Under the pieces are notes generated by a model. It saw nothing but the letters and a program-made list of their open reading frames with translations, ran no database searches and had not been told where the DNA came from. This document shows positions 22,992-32,546 of a stretch of 64,000 bases of DNA, in pieces. Origin of the DNA: Candidatus Bathyarchaeota archaeon (lineage in GTDB: Archaea > Thermoproteota > Bathyarchaeia > 40CM-2-53-6); the NCBI GenBank assembly GCA_963833125.1, contig CAWHWX010000016.1:384001-448000 (forward strand). The letters are read 5' to 3'. Numbering within the stretch: the first letter of the stretch is position 1; each line of letters starts with the position of its first letter. Made by a program: the position numbers and the translations under genes.

Positions 22992-23117
22992 AACCCACGA
23001 CTCGCTGATCGTTCGCAACTGCGACATCGGTCTGGCACGCAAAGGTGTTCTCGGCTTTCGACGCATTACGTTAAATAGTCTTAACTTCATGGCGACGTGT
23101 AGTGGCTTGGGGAGCTT

Positions 23118-23618
23118 ATGGTTCAAAGATTCAGGTTCATTGCCGTTTCGATCCTTTCGATTCTGGTGCTCACGATTATCGGAGCCAGCTTAGTCTCACC
23201 GGCATACGCTCAAACGATTACGCTTAATGTTTCGCCTAACCCTGTATTGTCCTCAACAACATATTTCTCTCTTACATACTCTGGTACGCTCGCCCAGCGT
23301 CTGCTGATCTAATACATATACTCCTGTATTCAGGTTCTGGGTGTTCGGTGTTTGCAAACAGCTTTGTTGTCGTAACCGCTAACGGTATCACGGGCGCCTT
23401 CAGTAGGAGCGTTATCCCCAATAATGATCCGGGGGTCGTATAGCGCCCAGGCGGTGGACATTACAAATCCAGGTGTCCCCGCATCAGGTTGCGTGAACTT
23501 CACAATCGACCCCGCCTCTTCCATACCTGAATACCCAGTCGGCTTAGCGATACTAGCAATCTTCATGATAATCGCATACGGCGTAATCAGAAGAAAAACG
23601 GCGACGAAACAAAAGTAA
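23118..23618 (+). CDS. Small secreted Ig-like surface protein with IPEYP-TM-basic anchor (cargo); two frameshifts
   Basis: Signal peptide ...PAYAQ, ITLNVSPNPV, IPEYPVGLAILAIFMIIAYGVIRRK. Confidence 0.65.
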
Positions 23619-23644
23619 GAACCAATCAACGGCATGTTGCCGAC

Positions 23645-23756
23645 TTTTCAACCATCAACCGAACGGTAACAGTCTTAAGAATTTCATTCATCAACCGACA
23701 ACGTAACGTTACCACGAAAAAGGTAAGTGGCTGACCATAACTCAAAATGCGAGCCG
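23645..23756. repeat. Right end with subterminal repeats / 8 bp / truncated left end fused to transposase tail (junction 2)
   Basis: catcaaccgaac (23653), catcaaccgacaacgtaacgttacc (23689-23713), spacer acgaaaaa, ggtaagtggctgaccataactcaaaatgcg = KWLTITQNA. Confidence 0.7.
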
Positions 23757-23840
23757 TCGAATTTAATATCCGACGAAAAGCTAGTATGGTTTCGGGTTGT
23801 GGGGTCAGCGTAAGGTTGGAGCAGAAACGTAATCGTTGTC

Positions 23841-24290
23841 GTGCTACTTGCCGTCGTTGTTGCCTGCGTGATTCTGCCATCAGCGAGAGCAACTGTACCT
23901 ATCACCGTGACCATTACCCCGCCAAGTCCATCCGCAAATGCGTCTTTCACAATCTCTGGGCAGTTCGTGGGGTATGGAAGTGGAGTACACTGGATAATGG
24001 ATTTCGGCACAGCTCAGAGTCTGAATCCTTGCGTTCCCCTAAGTTACGGACCTTCGTTTAGTGGAACGACAGGTAGCGGTGGCACATACTCCCAGAGCAT
24101 TTCAGGCCGATCCCCAGGACCTTACACAGTAACCGTAAGAGACGAGTTTGGTGACAACTCTGGTCGCGTCTGTTTCACAATCGGTTTTGGCTCTACATTT
24201 AACATCCCTGAATACCCACTAGGATTACCGATACTCGCAATCCTCACCGTAATCGCATACGGCCTAATCAGACGCAGACCCCGAAACTAA
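23841..24290 (+). CDS. Small secreted Ig-like surface protein with IPEYP-TM-basic anchor (cargo)
   Basis: Signal peptide, ITVTITPPSP, GPYTVTVRD, IPEYPLGLPILAILTVIAYGLIRRRPRN. Confidence 0.7.
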   Translation: MLLAVVVACVILPSARATVPITVTITPPSPSANASFTISGQFVGYGSGVHWIMDFGTAQSLNPCVPLSYGPSFSGTTGSGGTYSQSISGRSPGPYTVTVRDEFGDNSGRVCFTIGFGSTFNIPEYPLGLPILAILTVIAYGLIRRRPRN

Positions 24291-24339
24291 CTGCTTTTTT
24301 GAGTCAAGTCCTGCCAGTTAACAGAACCTTGCATTGTTA

Positions 24340-24566
24340 GGTAAGCTCAAGTTGTATAATTCTGGTTAGTCGGTTGCGTCTGGTTAAGCAGTTGCAATTT
24401 TCTGACAAATGGAACGAAGTATGGTTAGGCTAACCATGCGAACCCGATTCCTACGCCTACATGTAAAACCCAGCGAAGCTCTCGCATTATTTGTGGCTGC
24501 TTTTCTCACCTTAACATCAACCCGATTTTCAAAGCATATTCTATCAACCGACAACTTCACGTTTCC
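24340..24566. mobile_element. Possible MITE-like empty unit of the same element family
   Basis: Left ggtaagctcaagttgt vs reverse complement of right end ggaaacgtgaagttgt (12/16); no clear ORF; internal palindrome atggttag-g-ctaaccat. Confidence 0.45.
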
Positions 24567-24586
24567 TGCGAAAGGGTAACGCGGCC
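24513..24586. repeat. Right-end / 8 bp / left-end junction 3
   Basis: atcaaccgacaacttcacgtttcc-tgcgaaag-ggtaacgcggcc. Confidence 0.7.
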
Positions 24587-24898
24587 AATTTCCATGAGGC
24601 TTACTTGCAAGAGTTTTGGACGCAGAACAAGGACACTAGAACCGAACATATTCGCCACATTCGGTTAGCAGGAGATCGCAACAACAACCGCATGGAACGC
24701 TTCAACGGAGAAGTAAGTCAACGGCAGAAGGTAGTGCGAACCTTGAAGCGGCCCGATACCCCGATACTATCAGGTTATCGCATTTACCATAACTACGTTT
24801 GATCACACGAAGCCCTAAGTGGAAAGACTCCCACAGAAGCCGCGGAATCCAAATCAGAGGAAAAGACGGATGGATGACACTAATTCAGAACGCAAGAA
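24585..24898 (+). pseudogene. IS6-like transposase 3' remnant
   Basis: NFHEAY...RTEHIRHIRLAGDRNNNRMERFNGE...YHNYV*SHEALSGKTP...WMTLIQNA, with stop and frameshift. Confidence 0.85.
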
Positions 24899-24908
24899 GT
24901 AACTCCGT

Positions 24909-25166
24909 CTAGTTCGAGTCCTCTATCTTCCGAGGAAAAAGCCAAAATCGCTGATTATCAGTTCTTAGCTGATACTTCCACCAGTACAGCAGGACTACCG
25001 TGAGAACGAAAAGCGTAGTGACGGTTATCCAAGCGGCGGCTTCAAAGATATTAGAGGTGAATGTTTGTAGGTTGCGTGAGATAGCGTAGAAGACAGCGGC
25101 ATTCAGAACAATGGTTACAGACAATACCCTCACGAACAGGTGTTCTTTGCTCGTTAATCCTTTCAT
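24909..25166 (-). CDS. Small two-TM membrane protein (cargo)
   Basis: Two hydrophobic helices; paralog of 22557-22772. Confidence 0.65.
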   Translation of the reverse strand: MKGLTSKEHLFVRVLSVTIVLNAAVFYAISRNLQTFTSNIFEAAAWITVTTLFVLTVVLLYWWKYQLRTDNQRFWLFPRKIEDSN

Positions 25167-25169
25167 CTT

Positions 25170-25361
25170 TCAAGCCCTCCTCCGCACGACAAAATAGGCT
25201 AAGGCCCCCGTCACCCAAGAGATCAACAAACCGACTCCTACGCCGCGGAAATAGGCGTTCCCTAAAATGTATCCGAGCGGAACAAAAATCATGCTCAAGA
25301 CAAACTCAAGCACTACGAGCTTGGCGCATGTAGAGCGCCATTTGTCTTTAGTTTCTGTCAT
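25170..25361 (-). CDS. Small two-TM membrane protein (cargo)
   Basis: Hydrophobic 63-aa ORF ending RRRA; tightly packed with neighbours. Confidence 0.6.
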   Translation of the reverse strand: MTETKDKWRSTCAKLVVLEFVLSMIFVPLGYILGNAYFRGVGVGLLISWVTGALAYFVVRRRA

Positions 25362-25388
25362 CGCATTTCACGCTTGTCATCAAACGCT

Positions 25389-25640
25389 CTAGGTCTTTGG
25401 GATGTGGCCTGAACTGCGACCCACAAGAAACATGCCGCCGCCAACGAATATTACGCCGAAAAGCACTAGACCGCTGGCAACTAGAAGCCCAAGGTTAAAA
25501 CAGTTAGGGCCCCACCAAGGCGAGCCGCATAGAAAAGTGCTCAGGCCTAAGACAAAAAGCACCCATCCAACAAGAAACACAAAACCCCCCAATACCCCCC
25601 ACGTATTGTAACGGCCGCGCATTTTCACTTCTGTCATCAC
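25389..25640 (-). CDS. Small two-TM membrane protein (cargo)
   Basis: Two TM helices with CGSPWWGPNC loop; shares a 19-bp start region with the previous gene. Confidence 0.6.
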   Translation of the reverse strand: MMTEVKMRGRYNTWGVLGGFVFLVGWVLFVLGLSTFLCGSPWWGPNCFNLGLLVASGLVLFGVIFVGGGMFLVGRSSGHIPKT

Positions 25641-25775
25641 ATTTCACCCACCATCAATGTGCCGCGTCTCGCTCTTACTGGTTCCCCTGTTTTTCACGAA
25701 TCGAAACATGGTTCCGTGTGCAAACGGCTAGAAACAGTAAGATCGAATCCCACCAAACGAAAGTAAACACCTCCC

Positions 25776-25836
25776 ACCATCACCGAACAGTAACATCGGA
25801 ACCTTACGTGGATTTCACCTAGGAGGTAACGTTACC
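25776..25836. repeat. Terminal right end of the array
   Basis: accatcaccgaacagtaaca ... ggtaacgttacc, same ~60-bp spacing as 23651-23713. Confidence 0.65.
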
Positions 25837-25859
25837 AAACTTCCTCCAGACCATTCACT

Positions 25860-26883
25860 TCATCCAGCTCGATAGGATTCAATCACTCTGTAAAGCTCAT
25901 CGCGTTCAGATGGCGCAACCTCCCTAACCGCCCCTCCGACCCCTACTAACTTTCTACCCCGGCTCCTCGGAGTCACGGTCCCAATGATTCTCGCTGGAAT
26001 GCCGCGCTGCCTCAGACTGCGTAGGATTCCACTGCTTTTGCGCCTATCCGCCACTATTAGGAGACAACCTGAACTCATCAGACGCAACGGATCCACCCGG
26101 AGAGCGGAGCATATCTCCTTCGTTTCCTGGCGAATCGCAATGCGTGATTCATGAATCACAAAACCCAACCTGGGACGCTTCTGCGAGCTCCCAGACACCC
26201 TGCAACAAGCCTCCCTCGGTGGGGTCATGCATTGCCCTAACTCCACCAGCCCGCACCGCTATCAACGCGTCGTCCACTACGCTGATCTTGTTCCTCAAAC
26301 CCTTAGCCCGTCTCAGAGATCGAGGCCCGATTTTCCGGCGAAGTTTATGGGCAAAGTCAGTGGCGAAAACCGCGGTACCTTCGATCCCGATGGTTTTCGT
26401 CATAATGATCTGGTCTTGTGGGCGTGCGGTGTGTGATGTGACGTAATTCTTTCTCGAGACTACACCAACCATATACCCGATCACGATCGGGCGCCTCAAG
26501 CCAGGCGTAACCTCTGTGTGGCCTCCCACGACGGAGACGCCAATTCCTTTCGCCGCTTTGTCGATTTGTTTCATGATCGTATCGACGAGGGCTATGGTCG
26601 ATCTCTCAGGAAGTAGCAGGTCGCATAGGAACCACTTGGGTTTCGCTCCCCTACAAGCTACGTCGTTGGCGTTCACGTGAACGGCGAGCCATCCAATATC
26701 AAAAGCCGTGCCTGTAACTGGGTCGGTCGTCAAAACCAAAACGTCTTTTCCGAGCGATACTAACGCCGCATCCTCTCCAACCGACGAACCAAGAATCACC
26801 GACCGATCCTTCGCTCCCTTGTAGCGAAACACGCTGCGAACTAGGACTTCAGTTGGGATTTTCCCAGTCCGAAAGAACGTCAT
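25860..26883 (-). CDS. AIR synthase-related (PurM/HypE-like) protein; frameshift near 26155
   Basis: GEDAA, TTDPVTG, NANDVA, GGHTEVT, MHDPTEGG, DPLRLMSSGCLL. Confidence 0.88.
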
Positions 26884-26956
26884 CTTGCACCAACCGCTAG
26901 ATGCTACATAATCATTTAAGTAATCAATCGAACGCTAGTAAACGCAGGTCGGATTA

Positions 26957-27298
26957 ATGATTAAGTCTATTATGGATATGGCCGTCGTAGTTTCGGACGC
27001 GAAGAAATCGGCGGAATGGTACAAGGAAAAACTCGGCTTAGAAATCAGAGACAACGAGGGACACTGGATCACCCTAGCGCCAAAAGGATCTAACGTGGTT
27101 CTACATCTTTGTGAGACAAAGCAATTGGAACAGGGAAATACCGGCATCGCATTCTCCGTTGACGACCTTGACAAGACGTACAACGAGTTAACTGCCAAGG
27201 GTGTCGAATTCACCACGAAACCAAAGAAGACCGAGTGGGGCAGCCACGCGATGTTCAAGGACCCCGACGGAAACGAGTTCTGGCTCTTTCCCGAGTAG
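26957..27298 (+). CDS. VOC/glyoxalase family protein
   Basis: WYKEKLGL, IAFSVDDLD, FKDPDGNEF. Confidence 0.9.
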   Translation: MIKSIMDMAVVVSDAKKSAEWYKEKLGLEIRDNEGHWITLAPKGSNVVLHLCETKQLEQGNTGIAFSVDDLDKTYNELTAKGVEFTTKPKKTEWGSHAMFKDPDGNEFWLFPE

Positions 27299-27343
27299 CA
27301 GCACCCTTATAGATTATCGGACGTACCACCCAAAGGCGCTGAA

Positions 27344-27538
27344 TTGTTATGCCACCGTCTCCCGCAAAACCCGGGTACAGTGTTCTGTGACAAATGTGGG
27401 ATGGGGAACCCAACTACCAACAAATACTGCTGGGGTTGCGGTAAGTCACTTGCCACATCTACGTGCTCCTACTGCAGCACCGTAAACCCACACTACTCTG
27501 AATTCTGTGGAGCGTGTGGGCGAAAACTACCTGCTTGA
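27344..27538 (+). CDS. Double zinc-ribbon small protein
   Basis: Four CxxC motifs (CDKCG..N...KYCWGCG; CSYC..N...FCGACG). Confidence 0.7.
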   Translation: MLCHRLPQNPGTVFCDKCGMGNPTTNKYCWGCGKSLATSTCSYCSTVNPHYSEFCGACGRKLPA

Positions 27539-27605
27539 TTCATGATCTATCAGCGGGACCTTCGGCTAAGTTATGATCTGGCTGAGAGCCTGTAGGCATT
27601 GAGCT

Positions 27606-28415
27606 ATGAGCCTCGAACGTGATCTTCTCGTTCGGCCGGGGAAGAAGTTCAGGCTAAGAGATCACAATCCTGACGATACCCTAGGCTACAAGAACGACGA
27701 TCAGACGCAGGCGGCGTTGAAGAAGCATCTCCAACGGCTAGAAAAGCTACAATATTTGCTGTATGCTTCAAAGAAATGCGCACTCCTGATCGTTCTTCAA
27801 GCTTTGGATAGCGGGGGAAAGGATGGAACAATACGGCACGTCATGTCAGGCGTCAACCCGCAAGGATGCAGAGTAACATCCTTCAAACAACCAACACCTG
27901 AGGAGGCTGCGCATGACTTCCTCTGGCGAACTCACAAAGCGGTTCCGGAGCGCGGCGAGATAGGGATCTTCAATCGCTCATATTACGAGGATGTCCTTGT
28001 AGTTCGCGTCCACAAGACGGTTCCGGAGTCTGTCTGGTCAAGACGGTACAAGGAAATCAACCGCTTCGAGAAGATCTTGGTAGAGAATGACGTGAAGATT
28101 CTGAAGTTCTACCTTCACATAAGCTCGGGAGAACAGCTGAAACGCTTCAAGCAGAGGCTCGAAGATCCTACCAAGCGTTGGGAACTCTCCCCAACAGACT
28201 TTCAGGAACGAAGATACTGGAAACGGTACATGGCCGCCTATGAGGATATGCTGAACTTCTGCAGCACCGAATGGGCCCCATGGTATTTGATCCCTTCCAA
28301 CCATAAATTGTTCCGGAACTTTGCCGTATCGCACATAATTGTAAAGACACTTGAAGACATGAACCTGAAATTTCCCAAACCTGCCTTTGAGATTTCTAAA
28401 TATCGACGAAAATAG
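27606..28415 (+). CDS. ppk2: Polyphosphate kinase 2 family
   Basis: QALDSGGKDGTI, HDFLWR, FNRSYYEDVL, APWYLIP. Confidence 0.93.
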   Translation: MSLERDLLVRPGKKFRLRDHNPDDTLGYKNDDQTQAALKKHLQRLEKLQYLLYASKKCALLIVLQALDSGGKDGTIRHVMSGVNPQGCRVTSFKQPTPEEAAHDFLWRTHKAVPERGEIGIFNRSYYEDVLVVRVHKTVPESVWSRRYKEINRFEKILVENDVKILKFYLHISSGEQLKRFKQRLEDPTKRWELSPTDFQERRYWKRYMAAYEDMLNFCSTEWAPWYLIPSNHKLFRNFAVSHIIVKTLEDMNLKFPKPAFEISKYRRK

Positions 28416-28444
28416 TTGTCACTGTCTCGTAAACTCTCTTTTTG

Positions 28445-30947
28445 CTAGGCTTCGGGGCTCACTCTTCGGTAGAAGAAGTGCTTCAACGCCTCAGCTAATG
28501 CGAGATAGGTGATTATGAATACTGCCAAGACCAAGTAGAAAGTGAGTGGGGGAATCACGAGGCTGAGTAATCCGCCTATTGGGGTGAATGGTAGCAGCAT
28601 CGGAACGATCACGGTGGCCAGAGTGCTAAAGATCAATGCTTTGCTTGGACGGCTTTTGTAAAATGGGACGTGCCTTGTTCTTATGACGAAAATAATGAGC
28701 GACTGGGTACTTATCGATTCGAGGAACCACGCTGTTTGGAAAAGTGCTGGTGGGGCATGGAATACAAATAGCATGACCCCGAAGGTCAGGTAGTCGAATA
28801 TCGAGCTCACAGGTCCGAAGAACGCCATGAATTGCCGCACGAAATGCATGTCCCATCGACGCGGTGCCTTCAGATATTCAGCGTCGACATTGTCTGTTGG
28901 AATAGCTAATTCAGAAATATCGTAAAGTAGGTTGTTAAGCAGAATCTGCGAGGGTAGCATCGGGAGGAATGGTAGGAACAGGCTCGCGCCGGCTGCGCTG
29001 AACATGTTACCGAAGTTAGAACTCGTGCCCATCATGATGTACTTCATCGAGTTTCCCATCGTCTTCCTCCCTGCCTGAACTCCCTGGGCTAGGACGGTCA
29101 GATCATTTTGCAGGAGGATGATGTCCGCTGCAGCCTTAGCAACATCTACAGCGTTATCGACTGATATGCCCACGTCGGCGGTTCTTATGCTGGGGGCGTC
29201 GTTTATCCCGTCTCCCATGAAACCAACCACGTGTCCGTTCTTGTGGAGAGCTATCATGATGCGGTTCTTCTGGTCGGGTGTGATGCGAGCAAAAATGTTC
29301 GTCGTCTCGACGATTCTTTGGAGCGCGGAATCGCTAGTCTGCCTAAGGTCGTCCCCGGTCACTATGGCGTCGACTTTGATGTTGAGCGTCTCGCAGAGGT
29401 GTCTTGCCACGAACTCGTTGTCGCCCGTCAGGATCTTCAGGGTTATTCCCGATTCTTTCAACATTTGCAGTGAGGCTGTTGCCGTTGGCTTGGGTGGGTC
29501 GGTGAAAGTCAGCAGGCCGACAAAGACCATATCCGTTTCGTCTTTGACCGTGTAGGATGGAGTCTTTTCGACTTGTTTAGTCGCTACGGCGAGTATGCGT
29601 CTTCCTTGCTTACTCATTTCTTCGTATTGGGTGCGTATTTTGTTCTTGATGTCGTCGGTCAACGGAAGTTGTTGGCTCTCGTTTTGGTATAGGCTGCATG
29701 TGCTTAGCATTTCCAGGGTGGCGCCCTTGGAGATCAAGAGTGTCTTGCTTCCGTCGCTTACAATTACGGAGACTCTTCGTCGGACAAAGTCAAACGGTAT
29801 TTCATCAACCCGCGCGTATTTTGTTAGGTCCAATTGTTGGTGCTTGAGTATTGCGTCGTCTAAGGGTGTGCGCACTCCGGCCTCAAGACTGCTGTTGAGC
29901 TGTGCCATCAGCAGAATGTTAGTCGTCTTCTTTGCCGTTGACGTTGAGGTGTGAGGTTAAGTCTATGGCGTTTTGGGTTAGCGTACCAGTTTTGTCTGTG
30001 CAGAGGGTGTCCATGCTTCCGAAGTTTTGTATGGCCGATAGTTTCTTGACTATCACGCCTTTCGCGGCCATCTCCATGGCTCCCTTGGAGAGGTTTATCG
30101 TAACGATCATCGGAAGAAGTTCAGGCGTAAGGCCAACGGCCAGGGCCACGGAGAAGAGTAAGGATGTTAGAATGTCGCGTTTGAACAAAGCGTTGATGAA
30201 GAAAACGAAGACTACGAGGAGAAGGGTAACTTGCATGATGAGGTAGCCGAACTTTTTGAGTCCTCTATCAAACTCGGTCTCAGGTTCTTTGCCAATCAGT
30301 TCCTTCGCGATTCCCCCGTAGGCGGTTGTGCTGCCTGTTTTGGTTATCATCATCGTTGCGGTTCCGCTGACAACTGACGTGCCCATGAACGCCAAGTCGG
30401 TACGGTCGAGGTCTTGCTTCGTTTTGTTATCTGGAGCCGCGTCTTTTTCAGCCGGGAATGATTCTCCAGTCAGCGCAGATTGATCAACGAACAGATCCTT
30501 GACTGACAGAACTGTGCCGTCGGCTGGGACCATGTCGCCAGCTGACAAATACACCAAGTCGCCTGGAACAATATCGGAAACTGGAAGCTCGACCTTTTTT
30601 CCGTCCCTGTTCACTGTGGCAGTTGTGAGGATTCTTGCCCTCAGGGCGGCCGCAGCGTTCTCAGCCTTAGACTCCTGATAGAAACCGAGGACTACGCTCA
30701 TACCGACGACGAAGTAGATTATTGAGGCGTTGACAAGGTCTCCGAGAAAAGCAGAGATGCTGCCCGCGAACACAAGTATGATGACTAGGGGGCTCTTGAA
30801 GTAAGACAGAAACATCGAAACTCGGGATCGTTTCTTACTACCGACTACAACGTTAGGGCCGTACGTCTTCAGACACTTCTCTGCTTCCTCCTGAGTCAGT
30901 CCACTAATAGTGGCGACAGCGACTTCGCTCATTGCTAACGGAACCAC
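28445..30947 (-). CDS. mgtA: Mg2+-importing P-type ATPase; frameshift near 29915
   Basis: TGES, PELLP, DKTGTLT, GDGINDAP, SSNFGN, QILLNNLLYD. Confidence 0.9.
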
Positions 30948-31124
30948 GAAAGCTTAGGTTCTAACAGGATATGAAACTTTCATGTTTGAGGACGGAACTC
31001 TGATTGTTAGTCGTCGAAGGTCCTTGCGTTGCGCTAATGTAGAACGCATTGATTTCGGTATAACTTTGCGTAGCGAGCTGCTCATATTGCTGAGTGTTAA
31101 TGCCACCAGGCTTTGGGGCTCAGG

Positions 31125-31980
31125 ATGAATTCAACCGTTTCCATCGTGTTGGCCTTATCTGCGATGGCGGGGTTCGGCGTAGCCGACTTCTTCACAAAAG
31201 TCATACTTTCCAAAGCGCCTGCGCTCAGAACTGCCTTGATCTCACAGGGAGTAGGTACTGTCCTGTTTCTCGGAGTGTCGTTATACTTCGACTTCGGAGT
31301 TCCAAGTAATTCTGTCATTTATCTGACTCTGCTATCTGGTGTACTGTCTGCAATCGCCCTGTGCAGTTATTACGTCGCCTTGAGTCTTGAGAAGGCCAGT
31401 CTAGTCTGCGCCAATTTTTGCATGCCTAAACGTCGTCGCGGTGGTCCTCTCTATTTCTCTCCTAGGAGAAAGATTATCAATTCTCCAGCTTTCGCTAATA
31501 GTATGCGTTCTCGCGGGGATTCTGCTCGTAGCGTTCGAAAGATCAGCCAATCCGTCAAACAGATTGGGTATCGCATTAGCCTTACTTGCAGCTCTTTTGG
31601 CAGGCGGTAATACAATAGTCCAGAAATTGATTGCTAACGGCGATCATTTTCTGATGAGCTTTTCCTTAACCCGTGTCTTCATGATGGGTTTCATGCTTGC
31701 AATATTGTTGACCTTCCGAGAAACCAAGAGGGGCATGACAGCAACAAATTATCGAAATATTGGGCTGCTAGGTATAATTGATGTTACCTCCTTCTTCGCT
31801 TGGTATCTCGGGCTTCATTTCGGCTTAGTCGCGATTGTGACGCCAATAGCAAACTCATCGCCCGTACTAACAGTAATTCTCGCCCATCTCTTCTTGAAAG
31901 AACGAATCGGCCTGTACCAAAGGCTTGGTATCATTGCAATCTTGGTAGGAATCACGACTCTCGTCGCCATTTCGCAGTGA
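31125..31980 (+). CDS. EamA/DMT family transporter; frameshift near 31410
   Basis: Two repeats of five TM helices with LLGERLS / FLKERIG motifs. Confidence 0.85.
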
Positions 31981-32118
31981 TCATCAGACATTCCGAATTG
32001 GCCGGCCTTCGGCATCCAGACACAAACGGAGAACCCACAACTAGAATAATAAAACAGGAATTAGCCCAAGCTCTGCATAGAACAAAATAACCGCAGTCCC
32101 GAACACGAACGACGAGCG

Positions 32119-32499
32119 ATTGCCGACAAACAACCTAAGACGCTAATTACTGACGGCGCACCAAACTTCCATGAAGCCTACGAGAAAGAGTTCTACACAA
32201 ACCGACTAGAAACAAGAACGGAACACATTCGCGATATTCGTATGGATGGAACGGTTCACCACAACAAAATGGAAAGAATGAATGGGGAAATTCGTGACCG
32301 AGAACGCGTCATGCGCACTCTCGAAAAATCAAACAGCCCAATAGTTGCGGGCTATCAACTATTTCACAACTATATTCGCCCACATATGTACTTAGAAGGA
32401 AAGACCCCCGCAGAAGCGGCAGGAATCAAAGTTGAGGGAGAGAACAAGTGGTTGACTTTGATTCAGAACGCAACCCGTAAAGGTAGAGATACCAAATAG
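32119..32499 (+). pseudogene. IS6-like transposase, 5'-truncated
   Basis: PKTLITDGAPNFHEAY (2nd D), NKMERMNGEIRDRE (E), HNYIRPH, GKTPAEAAGI, KWLTLIQNA. Confidence 0.88.
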
Positions 32500-32546
32500 C
32501 CCACGCATGCCAAAAGCTGCAATTTCTAAGGAAAGATGGTTGTGAA

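Larger units (their letters stand above)
22385..25836 (+). mobile_element. Tandem array of degenerate IS6-like DDE elements carrying cargo genes
   Basis: Repeated ends (CATCAACCGACAACnnnACGTTACC and its inverse) and four copies of the transposase tail (W)LTxxQNA, each followed by different cargo. Confidence 0.7.

Noticed and set aside
22385-25836. CRISPR array or true integron attC array
   Set aside because: Repeats are degenerate, irregularly spaced by hundreds of bp and tied to DDE transposase remnants; no cas or tyrosine integrase gene is present
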